Shown: positions 48,276 to 56,986 of the stretch, piece after piece
Numbering within the stretch: position 1 is the first letter of the stretch
Layout of the letters: each line of letters starts with the position of its first letter
Source of the DNA: a virus
Taxonomy: Duplodnaviria; Caudoviricetes
Length of the DNA stretch: 64,000 nt
Strand: one strand, 5' to 3'
IMG/VR virus record: IMGVR_UViG_3300035663_000005
Coordinates: 22,728-86,727 of that record
The notes under the pieces: generated by a model
Database searches by the model: none
Seen by the model: only the letters and a program-made list of their open reading frames with translations
What the model was told of the DNA's origin: nothing
Program-made: the position numbers and the translations under genes

Positions 48276-49060
48276 GTGATGATATAATTTTCCGCTTCGG
48301 CTCTTGTTTTAAGCATCTTAAATGTTCTTGATTGACGAGCACTGTTGGGCGCATACAACTCTAGTTGAATTTTCATCTCGCCAGGTATCGTGGCAAGAAT
48401 TTCACGAACCGCCAATCTTGCGGCAAGTTTACTTGTGCCTTCTAAAGATATCCAAGAGTCGGAGTGCCGTCTTCCGTAAACTTTAAACCAGCCTTTATCG
48501 TAAACTCGTCGTTGCAGCGGAAAGCAAAGATCTATAACTTCATTTTGAATGAGTTCTTTAATATGATGAGGTTCTAGTTTTTCGCCGTCCTCAAGATCGA
48601 ATTTTGATTCAAAATACTCTGTGTCGAAATGCGATTTGTTTTTAAGGTATTCGTCTAACCCTTGCTCCATTTCACTGTTTGAGATACCGAATCGCTGCGG
48701 TTTATTTACAATCTGTGTGGTATGATATCCGTCGCTATCATGGAAGAAAGTGAACCATTGATTAGAGGCATGCCACCAGCCTGCACGATCTTTATCCCAC
48801 GGAAACGGAGTCCGAGTGGGCTTTGCTATGCCAAGTTTTTTTAATCGTTCAAGTTTTTTTAGAGCCGCTGCATCTCTACGCTGTGCGGCTGCAATCATGG
48901 CTTGACCGCGTGGACTGCGCTCAAACTTTAAACGCAACTCGCGCTCGCGTGGAGTTTCCACATGCCCGCCTCGTGGTTCAAATGCGTTCGGGTTGGTGTA
49001 GATGCCCAACAGTTCATCTAGTTGTCGTAATTCGGTTAACAGTTCAGATAAGGTTTTCAT
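48272..49060 (-). CDS. Putative head-internal protein
   Basis: Leader MKTLSELLTE..LDE. Confidence 0.6.
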   Translation of the reverse strand: MKTLSELLTELRQLDELLGIYTNPNAFEPRGGHVETPRERELRLKFERSPRGQAMIAAAQRRDAAALKKLERLKKLGIAKPTRTPFPWDKDRAGWWHASNQWFTFFHDSDGYHTTQIVNKPQRFGISNSEMEQGLDEYLKNKSHFDTEYFESKFDLEDGEKLEPHHIKELIQNEVIDLCFPLQRRVYDKGWFKVYGRRHSDSWISLEGTSKLAARLAVREILATIPGEMKIQLELYAPNSARQSRTFKMLKTRAEAENYIIT

Positions 49061-49064
49061 AAGA

Positions 49065-49568
49065 TTACTCCCACAACATATCGTCGCCGCGATCTAGCAT
49101 TACACGACGAGTCGCTTTATCTAGCACCTGCAAGCCTGTGCCTGCGGCTTTCAGTTCCACTTCTTTACCGCTCATGCTTAGGTAAGTTTCGCGTCCCATC
49201 TTCATGGCTTTCCGGATGAACATGCTTTGCGGGCTACCATCAAGTTTTTTTCCCATGATCTCAATTTTAATCCCTACCGGCTTGATGCTGAGAGTCAAGA
49301 TCATATCTTTCGCGGTATCAATTGCAGCCTTGGTCATTTGTCGGGTAGCCGACCATGCTTTCGCGTTTCGCTTAGGAATAAGATTACCCATCGCATCAGT
49401 TTTGCGAGCCTTGAGTGGCTTCTGCGAGCCTACGAATCTTTGAGGATCATCTAGATTAACTCCGTAACCGATTGTACCTAAACCTGGTCCCTTGGGGAAC
49501 TTTGGTTTCTCGGTCAGCAAACTTAAAACCATTTCCGCGTTTTCTAAAATCTCTCGGTAGTTACGCAT
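49065..49568 (-). CDS. Putative head-internal basic protein
   Basis: Leader MRNYREILE..LTE. Confidence 0.6.
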   Translation of the reverse strand: MRNYREILENAEMVLSLLTEKPKFPKGPGLGTIGYGVNLDDPQRFVGSQKPLKARKTDAMGNLIPKRNAKAWSATRQMTKAAIDTAKDMILTLSIKPVGIKIEIMGKKLDGSPQSMFIRKAMKMGRETYLSMSGKEVELKAAGTGLQVLDKATRRVMLDRGDDMLWE

Positions 49569-49590
49569 ACGCCCGATCCTCCTGATTTAA

Positions 49591-50316
49591 TTATTTAGGG
49601 TTTTTTGTGGCGTGAAACGGAACACCTTCGCCAAACCACGCTAATTTAACATTAGTCATTTCAGGTCGGGGAGACGGCATATCGTAGAGTCTTGCTTGCA
49701 GGTCTCCGCTTATTCTGCGAGCGATACCGTTATAAATCACAGTCCTAACAGGTCGAGCGTTTGTTTTGGTTCCCCAGAAGATTCCTTGCGGTTTTTTTCT
49801 AGCCGTAAACGATTTCACAATTTCAATAATTGTACCAAAGATGCGTGTGGTGTGTGCAGTATTGTCCGCACCAATATCATCGTCTGTGCCTTTATCAAAG
49901 CCTGAGCCGTCGGTATCAATATAGGTGGCAAAGCCGAGTTCCCATAAAGACTCAAACATCGGCAGAGTTATTTTAGGTTTAATTTCCGCTGAGAAATTTG
50001 CTCTGGCTAAACTACGATTGATTCTTCGCATGCCTTCATAGGCCATTGTGCCGTGATGTTGCGTGAATGTAACCACTATTCGCTGTCTGATGCCAGGATT
50101 AGATTTTCTGTAATCTTGCAGCATGCGATCTGTGGTAGCAATTGATCTTGGCACGCCAGGAGTAAACGATGGGCCAGGATCGGGTATCCAACGATCTGTT
50201 CCTGCGAGTCTTACCGCGTCAAATCTATAGTCTTCCTCATTCCCACCTGAAACGAAAAGCCGCCACGGATAAGATCGTTCAAAGATTTCTGTAATATACG
50301 AATCAAAGTATTTCAC
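49591..50316 (-). CDS. Putative head-internal protein, GNAT-like phage family
   Basis: MKYFDSYITE; RIFGTI..IVK.F.....P..I.....R...Y. Confidence 0.6.
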   Translation of the reverse strand: MKYFDSYITEIFERSYPWRLFVSGGNEEDYRFDAVRLAGTDRWIPDPGPSFTPGVPRSIATTDRMLQDYRKSNPGIRQRIVVTFTQHHGTMAYEGMRRINRSLARANFSAEIKPKITLPMFESLWELGFATYIDTDGSGFDKGTDDDIGADNTAHTTRIFGTIIEIVKSFTARKKPQGIFWGTKTNARPVRTVIYNGIARRISGDLQARLYDMPSPRPEMTNVKLAWFGEGVPFHATKNPK

Positions 50317-50373
50317 TGAGAGTATTTAGAAAAAACAAACCTCCTCGCGGAGGGGTGTTTTCAAAAGTTAAAT

Positions 50374-50862
50374 TCAGGCGAATGTAGATGTTGGTGGTAC
50401 AGTTGGGTATTGGATGCGACGAATACAGTCTCCGCGCTGACTCAGAATTATAATACATTGTTTGTCATAGTATACACTTAACTTACCCAATTCGTCAATG
50501 TGCTTATCTTTTGCTGTTTGTGTACATTCTTTATACTCCTGTTCACATTTCGCATTACGCGCAGCATCTCCCGCTGGGTCATAAAGAGGTATTGGGTTTG
50601 GGTTTATGCATGCATCGCGCTTTGAATCACACTGACTCAACCTGAAATTCAAAACCTCATCTATCGGTGCTCTTTTTTCAGCAATTTCCTTGTCTAATGC
50701 TTTTAATGCTGCTTTGTATATATCATAACACATCTGAATGTTATAGTTGGTTTCTCCACTGCCGCGTCTGTATCCTCCTGGGCGGTTGATTCCGAGGATA
50801 CCACCAGCAACAAGATAGTTGTATTTTTGATTTTCATTACTATCTTGGTTTGATAATGCCAT
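50374..50862 (-). CDS. Cys-rich helical protein
   Basis: Spaced Cys pairs; CATAAATA upstream; terminator downstream. Confidence 0.6.
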   Translation of the reverse strand: MALSNQDSNENQKYNYLVAGGILGINRPGGYRRGSGETNYNIQMCYDIYKAALKALDKEIAEKRAPIDEVLNFRLSQCDSKRDACINPNPIPLYDPAGDAARNAKCEQEYKECTQTAKDKHIDELGKLSVYYDKQCIIILSQRGDCIRRIQYPTVPPTSTFA

Positions 50863-51118
50863 TGATTTCCCCTAAGAGTTGAATACAAATTCGTTACCGA
50901 TATTTATGAAAAACTTAAATTCAACCTGTTTTCAGGGGGGTTTGGGCCCCGCGTGTTGTAGGCGATTTTTGGGAAACTGAAATGTTTTAAGTTTTGGGGG
51001 GTGGGGGCCGACTTTTCTACGCGGACGCGATAATTTTTTTTCCACTCTGCCCTTGCTTGGATGGGAACCCATGCGTTCCAAAACTAAAGTAGGGGGCCGT
51101 TTTTTCTGGCGGAAAACA

Positions 51119-51148
51119 AAAAAACCTCGCCATTGCTGACGAGGTTTC
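51119..51148 (-). terminator. Intrinsic terminator
   Basis: AAACCTCG..CGAGGTTT stem with U-tract on minus strand. Confidence 0.7.
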
Positions 51149-51168
51149 GTGGAAATCTATTCAGTTGT

Positions 51169-51654
51169 TCAGAACGGTGGCTTTAGATCGTTCACATCAT
51201 CAGGATCTTCAGGTAAATCCTTGTCGTCAATGTCATCCACCATACCCTGCTCGTACAGTTCCTTGTCCTTAGGCGACAATCCGTTGATCTGCTTGTTGAT
51301 ATCGAAAATCAATCGCTCAAGATCAGCAAGGAAATCATTCGACTTGCTCATATCCGTCTGAAACGGAAAGAAAAATACTTCATTAATGAATTGCTTCGGC
51401 TTGGATTCAACAATCTTGCCCTTGAAAATCTTGCCAGTACTCTCAGAGTAAATGGTTTCAATCTCTTCAGGAGTCTTCGCCTTCACAATACGAGCCGTGG
51501 CCTCCATCATGCACTTATCAGTGTTAGACATCGGCACATTGGCTCGCTGTAGAGCAACACTCAGATGATCATGGCTGAGACAAACCTGATACAGTTTGCT
51601 AGACAAGATTTTATTTTGCATTTCAAGACGACGCAAACGCTTTTCTAAATTCAT
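51169..51654 (-). CDS. Hypothetical protein
   Basis: Start refined to MNLEKRL; acidic tail. Confidence 0.6.
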   Translation of the reverse strand: MNLEKRLRRLEMQNKILSSKLYQVCLSHDHLSVALQRANVPMSNTDKCMMEATARIVKAKTPEEIETIYSESTGKIFKGKIVESKPKQFINEVFFFPFQTDMSKSNDFLADLERLIFDINKQINGLSPKDKELYEQGMVDDIDDKDLPEDPDDVNDLKPPF

Positions 51655-51667
51655 TTTTGGGTTCCTT

Positions 51668-52075
51668 TCAAACAGTTCCACGGGCGATACCAGCACCGGT
51701 GCTGATTTTCCATTCGCCCGAATCAATCCATCGCAAGCCTTCTGCCATAGCCGCATCCTCGGCTTCGGTTGTCCATTCCTCGTCGCGGCAGAACCATCTA
51801 ACGAGAAAGTATTTATGATCTTCCTCGTGATGACGGTCAATTGTGGTGAAGAATCGAGCCGCCTTTAACTGCTCCGATTCCGCTACCACACGCACCGTAG
51901 AGCCCTCACCATATGGCGAGTAAATCAAGATCCCGTCTGTCCACGACTGCACGGCTAGGGTTTCGTCGGGTGAGTCCACGCCAAACACCCACAGGTTCGG
52001 TTGCGGATTCCACACCTGAACCCAACGAACCGGCACAGGATTCGGCTTATCGTTTTGAATTCTCAACTTAATCAA
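51668..52075 (-). CDS. Hypothetical protein
   Basis: Coupled to the stop of the VWA gene. Confidence 0.5.
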   Translation of the reverse strand: MIKLRIQNDKPNPVPVRWVQVWNPQPNLWVFGVDSPDETLAVQSWTDGILIYSPYGEGSTVRVVAESEQLKAARFFTTIDRHHEEDHKYFLVRWFCRDEEWTTEAEDAAMAEGLRWIDSGEWKISTGAGIARGTV

Positions 52076-54438
52076 GCCGTCACCTTCGCCTTCTTGCCGT
52101 CCGCCTTGGCAATCAGATCCACGAGGCGGGTGCAGAGCAGACGATTGTTGCCCGCCTTCTCAAGACTAGCCTCGAAAGCCTTCTTCAGGTTCGCCTTGCT
52201 GGCATCACCTGCAATCAGCGAACCGAACGGGTCGCTCTCGTCCACACGAGGATTCGGCACAGCGAACCAAGCGGTGTAACCGTGAACGCCCTCAGCGCAC
52301 AGGAAGCCGTCACGACGGCTCTGCTCCAAGCACTTATCCTGCTGTTCCGCCTTCAGACCCGAGTAACGCAGCAGCGACTTGAAATCGCGCTTCGGCGTGA
52401 TGGAGATACCCACCGAGCGAAGACCCGGAACACGCACCGAGAGCAGACTCAGCAGAGCCTTCAGACCGCTGCTGCTATGACAACGAGCGCAACGAGCGGT
52501 AGCACCCGTCACAGGATCTCGCAACTCGTAGCCGCTCGCATAGTCGGAACCCTTGGCGTGAGTAACAGGCGCATCATAATGATCGTCGCCCCACGAAGTC
52601 TTCTGACCGGTCGGGCGACCTGAGGCGTGAACATAATCGCTAGCCTCGCCGTCCGTCAGGGTGACGAAGTGAACAATCTGAAGTCCGTTCTGACGCTTGA
52701 ACTGCTCAACCAGATCAAGAGCCGCAGCCGTAGCCGCCACGGTGGGAGTGCTGTTCAAAGCAAACAACCGCGTCGTCTGACGATACTGCTCGTCGCTGCC
52801 CCACTGACCATTGCTGTTGCTCATGGCGGTGTAATCGTGACGCGCACCCCACACGGCAAGCAGACCGCCCGCCGTGGTGCGCCAATCGCGGTCGCTGAGA
52901 CCCTTGGTGGAGATCAGGTGAACAAGACGCATGCCGCCATCAAGGGTGGCACGGTTGGTATCGCTGTCACGATGCACCCACGGCGAAGAGACCTGACCGT
53001 TCACACAGCCCTGCCACTTGTGACCGATGCCGTCCGAGAAACCGTAAACATCGCACGGAATGTTGCTACGACGACACCAAGCCGCAAGCATCAGCATCTG
53101 ACGAATGGTTTCCGACATGATGGCACTCATGCTGCCCGAGAAGTCCACGAACACCACAATACCGTGACTCTGACCGTTACGCACCGTGGCGTTCTGAAGG
53201 AAGATGTCATCGGAAATCTTGTAACTCCACAGACGATTCACATCAATCGTGCCGGTATCCGACACCGAGGTGCGGCTAGCAGCATCCGCCGCCATACGAC
53301 GCAGAAACTCCTGCTGCATGATGCTGACATCACGACGGCTCTTGCTCTCCCACTCAGCGAGCAGGCTAGCACCATTGCAATTGGTGAAATACTTGGTGAG
53401 CGCAGGCAGCACATGCTCGCGGAAATCAATCACGCCACGCTGCGAATCGAAACGCGGCAGAGTGAGCGGCGTGTAGTGGGTCGCCTTGGTGTCGCGGAAC
53501 TCGTTGCTCACCGACTGCATGAAGTTGTCGGTCTGAGCCGCAGTCGGATCACGCTCAGTCTTCTGAGCCTCACCTTCGCTCTTCGCAGACTCGTTACCTG
53601 AAGCCGCCGCGTTACCGCTCTGCGGCTTGTCGGACTTGCTCTGCTCGTCGCCCTTGGCATCCGAATTGTCCTGCTTGCTCTCGCCCTGCTCGCCGGTATC
53701 CACATCACGCTGTCCCTGCGGCTCGCGGGTGCTGCTGCCAGGCTGCTGCTGTTCCTGCGGCTCGCCCTGCTGACCCTCGCCGTCGCCCTGACCGGCACTC
53801 TGCTGAGGCTCCTGCTGCTCCTGCGGCTCCGAGTTCTCCTGCTCTCGCTGCATCTCCCAAATGCGACGGCTCAGGTCGATCACATCATCCCAAGTCTTGG
53901 TTCGCTCCACTTCCTGCACGAGCGGAAGTTCCTCAGCGGTGAACGGAACCTTGCACCACGCACCAAACTTGTAGTGCATGTTGACACGATCAATCAGACG
54001 CATCTTGTCCACGAACTTGAACTGTTCCACGAACAGCGGGTGATCCATCAGTTCCTTGTAGGCGTTGAAGAACGAACGACGCAGACCCGGCAGGCGAGCC
54101 TTCATCAGACGCTCAATTCGCGCATCCTCCACAATGTTGAGAAAGGTCTTCGCAGCGGTCGAGCCGTTGCGAGGATCCACCTTGCGAATCGCATCCACAA
54201 GGGGCTGAGTGCCCGCAGGAGTGAACAGAGCGTGACCCGTTTCGTGACCGGCGAGCATATCGTAAAGATCGTTGCTCATGCCCTTCCAACACGGAAACAC
54301 CAGAGTGCGGCTCGTGCTGTCGAAATACGCGGTCTGTGCGCTCGGCACATGCTCCACGGTGAGGTTTTCAGTAGCCATCATGCGAGCGAGGACGGCCTTG
54401 GAGTCGAGAACGGTGCGAGAGAGAGTAGATGTGGTCAT
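52072..54438 (-). CDS. cobT: CobT-like peptidase-motif + VWA protein
   Basis: HETGH, NIVEDARIE, Q/E-rich linker, MIDAS DFSGSM, STP, LTDGE. Confidence 0.85.
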   Translation of the reverse strand: MTTSTLSRTVLDSKAVLARMMATENLTVEHVPSAQTAYFDSTSRTLVFPCWKGMSNDLYDMLAGHETGHALFTPAGTQPLVDAIRKVDPRNGSTAAKTFLNIVEDARIERLMKARLPGLRRSFFNAYKELMDHPLFVEQFKFVDKMRLIDRVNMHYKFGAWCKVPFTAEELPLVQEVERTKTWDDVIDLSRRIWEMQREQENSEPQEQQEPQQSAGQGDGEGQQGEPQEQQQPGSSTREPQGQRDVDTGEQGESKQDNSDAKGDEQSKSDKPQSGNAAASGNESAKSEGEAQKTERDPTAAQTDNFMQSVSNEFRDTKATHYTPLTLPRFDSQRGVIDFREHVLPALTKYFTNCNGASLLAEWESKSRRDVSIMQQEFLRRMAADAASRTSVSDTGTIDVNRLWSYKISDDIFLQNATVRNGQSHGIVVFVDFSGSMSAIMSETIRQMLMLAAWCRRSNIPCDVYGFSDGIGHKWQGCVNGQVSSPWVHRDSDTNRATLDGGMRLVHLISTKGLSDRDWRTTAGGLLAVWGARHDYTAMSNSNGQWGSDEQYRQTTRLFALNSTPTVAATAAALDLVEQFKRQNGLQIVHFVTLTDGEASDYVHASGRPTGQKTSWGDDHYDAPVTHAKGSDYASGYELRDPVTGATARCARCHSSSGLKALLSLLSVRVPGLRSVGISITPKRDFKSLLRYSGLKAEQQDKCLEQSRRDGFLCAEGVHGYTAWFAVPNPRVDESDPFGSLIAGDASKANLKKAFEASLEKAGNNRLLCTRLVDLIAKADGKKAKVTA

Positions 54439-54445
54439 ATGCTTA

Positions 54446-54474
54446 ATTATAGCCTAAAACAGGGGTTATGGCAA
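54446..54474 (-). promoter_or_regulatory. sigma70 early promoter, likely leaderless
   Basis: TTGCCA-N17-TATAAT, 7 nt before ATG. Confidence 0.8.
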
Positions 54475-54860
54475 GTCTATAGGGCGAAAAACGGGGGCCA
54501 AAATGCCCATTTTTTCAAATTTTTACCTAAAGTCCGATAATTATGGCCCCGTTTTTAGCCTTTAAAAAGGGCCTTTAACGAATCACCAGGTGCTTTAATC
54601 CAAGGTTTTCTTTTCAAGATTTAACCTTGAATCTTGAATTTGCGAGCGTGAACGACAACAACATCAGCCAGCAGCAACCAGCGAACACAGAGAATTCAAG
54701 TTAACTTTCAACCTGTAAAAAGAACAACCCCTTGGATATGAAAGAGATCCAAGGGGAGTTCCAAAGGGGGAATCAGGATGTGAACTGCGAGGTGTGGTGG
54801 GCCGCCACAGGATTAATTTCAAAAATTAGCCCACCACACCCCCACAGGTTAATCACCCAC

Positions 54861-55166
54861 TCAGGCCGAGTAGGTGTAGTAGTTCGGGTAACCAGCGCGG
54901 CGCAGCGTGTTGCGACGGAACGAGGCGCGGTGAGCCGACTTCTCCTTCAGCGAGACCTTCTGGTCCCAATCGAAGGTGCGAATCTCGCCACACTCAAAGC
55001 GAACGCGCACAGTGCCCTTGCTCTCGTTGCGAGTGATGCTCTCAACGAACAGGCTCGGCTCGCCACGCAGAAGGAACTCATCGCCCTCCAGCATGTTCTG
55101 AGCAGCCACACGGATGCGGTTAGAGATGCGAATGTTACGACCGTTAGTAGTCATGGTTGCAGGCAT
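54861..55166 (-). CDS. Hypothetical basic protein
   Basis: RBS AGGAG; 101 aa. Confidence 0.6.
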   Translation of the reverse strand: MPATMTTNGRNIRISNRIRVAAQNMLEGDEFLLRGEPSLFVESITRNESKGTVRVRFECGEIRTFDWDQKVSLKEKSAHRASFRRNTLRRAGYPNYYTYSA

Positions 55167-55481
55167 AGTGAAATCTCCTAAGTAGGAATGCGCGAGTTGT
55201 TACATTAACTCGCTAGGTTTTGAAAATCCTGCACACACCGTTAAGTGGATGCAAGAGAGTGCAGCAGGAACTTACAATATAGTTCAGGTGTTTCGCATCA
55301 TGCCGCTGAGTGCTACTTTGCCTGCTAATTTAATCGTCGGTGAGCGAACTTTTAAATTAGGCAATTATAATATTAAACATGGTTCTTGACCCAAGGCTCA
55401 CGAAATCCGTCTGCATGGTTTCCCACACAGACGGGGGTGCGACTCAGTATGACCACAGGAGTCGCCACTGTCCCTCTACTC

Positions 55482-55793
55482 TCAGGCAGTCGCAGGAGCC
55501 TCGGCGGGGGTTACAGGGGACTGCGCCCCATTCGCTGCCACGAAAGCATCGAATTCCGCCCACGGGAGGGAGTAAACGGCTCGCTGCACAGTGAAGTTTG
55601 CGGAATTCGTCAGCCAAGCAGGATGACGAAGCGCGTAACCAAAAGGACCAGTCTTGCCAGTCCACTTGGTTTGAATATCAAGCAAGGCCTTGCGAGTCAC
55701 GGTCGCAGGACGACCAAACTCGGTTTCAAACGCGGCAAGCCAGTTGCACTGACGCTTGTTCAGACGAATCGTGATGTTGTTGGTGTTGCTCAT
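55482..55793 (-). CDS. Standalone paralog of the CobS-like N-terminal domain
   Basis: VTRK..PAWLTN..RAVYSLP vs VTRE..PAWLTN..RGKYRIP. Confidence 0.65.
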   Translation of the reverse strand: MSNTNNITIRLNKRQCNWLAAFETEFGRPATVTRKALLDIQTKWTGKTGPFGYALRHPAWLTNSANFTVQRAVYSLPWAEFDAFVAANGAQSPVTPAEAPATA

Positions 55794-55804
55794 GTTGCTC
55801 CTAT

Positions 55805-55832
55805 AGTATAGCGGGTTTTGGGTGAATTGCAA
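55805..55832 (-). promoter_or_regulatory. sigma70 promoter
   Basis: TTGCAA-N16-TATACT. Confidence 0.6.
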
Positions 55833-55872
55833 GTGATGAACTGAAAAAATCCGCACTTTCTTTTTTTAAATT

Positions 55873-56196
55873 TCAGTCCTCACACTCAGGATCAGCATCC
55901 GTTTCAAGAAATCGCTCTGCGCCCGCAGGAGAAATTCCTGAAATCAAGGATTCGCATTCAAGGTTTTCGAGATACGGAAAGTAGTGAGAAATCGGAAACA
56001 GGGTGTTAGCCATGCTGCGCCAACTAACCCAATCCGCCGCTTCCACCGTAACCGTGAACGGCTTGCCGGTAACAGGGCAGGTGCGAGTAATGGCGTGTGG
56101 AATCTTGAATTGATGTGCGGCAGGCAGCATCTCCTTCTTATCCTTCAACTCTCGCTGTGCAGCACTGATTCTCTCTTTAATTTCTGCTTCCGTCAC
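55873..56196 (-). CDS. Hypothetical protein
   Basis: CPVTG..FPYL....E.LISGI phage motif. Confidence 0.6.
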   Translation of the reverse strand: MTEAEIKERISAAQRELKDKKEMLPAAHQFKIPHAITRTCPVTGKPFTVTVEAADWVSWRSMANTLFPISHYFPYLENLECESLISGISPAGAERFLETDADPECED

Positions 56197-56199
56197 GCC

Positions 56200-56583
56200 T
56201 CAACCTTTCTGAGCCGCGGCCCAATTCAAGATTTCAAGCAGTTTCACCGGAGGACAGTTATCCTTCACGGTATCGCCTGATTCAAATTCCACAAGATCGT
56301 CTTGCGGATTAAAAATCGCCACTTCCACCGTGGCGAACACGGCGCGGTGCATATCACCGCCACCGTAACTTTCCTTTTCCTGTTGAAGTCCCTCGCAGTA
56401 AATGCCTGCTGGCGCGTCAAGGTGCGTGAGTCCACCAATCCAAGAAACCGACCAACCGTTCGGAAATCGAATCCGATTGCGATAAACGGTGCGAACCGCG
56501 CTCTCCGTGGCGCGGGCGGCGGTGGAGGAAAACATGCGTTCCACGCTGCATACGATATGAGGTTGTTCAGGAAGAGTTTTCAT
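56200..56583 (-). CDS. Hypothetical protein
   Basis: FPNGWSVS..EVAI phage motif. Confidence 0.6.
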   Translation of the reverse strand: MKTLPEQPHIVCSVERMFSSTAARATESAVRTVYRNRIRFPNGWSVSWIGGLTHLDAPAGIYCEGLQQEKESYGGGDMHRAVFATVEVAIFNPQDDLVEFESGDTVKDNCPPVKLLEILNWAAAQKG

Positions 56584-56662
56584 GGTGTCCTTTCAGATGG
56601 GCCCTTGGGGGGGAGCGAGCCGAAGCCCGCTCCTAGCGGCGAACCGCTTGCCCCCAATCTGA

Positions 56663-56917
56663 TTAGGCGATTTCCACAGTCACCTGAGCCGCGTCCATGC
56701 CGCTGCCCAGACGATCATTCCAACGCTTCATCACGATGGGCAGACCAGCATCCGTGGTCTTGTAGGTGTACGCCACCGAGTCGCCGATGTAGTCGATGCC
56801 AGCAGGCTTGATGTTCGTGCCGCACAGACGACGGCTGAACGCATCAAACTTGGTCTCAGTGCTGTTGTCGAACAGATCCACGGTCACGGTCACGAAATAC
56901 TTGTTGTTGTTACGCAT
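56663..56917 (-). CDS. Hypothetical protein
   Basis: RBS AAGGA; GC-rich early-type codons. Confidence 0.55.
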   Translation of the reverse strand: MRNNNKYFVTVTVDLFDNSTETKFDAFSRRLCGTNIKPAGIDYIGDSVAYTYKTTDAGLPIVMKRWNDRLGSGMDAAQVTVEIA

Positions 56918-56986
56918 AGTGAGAGTTTCCTTTCAAGAAACGAGTTGAAGTAAAAGTGAAAAGTTGGAAGCACACACTCCCAAAGA

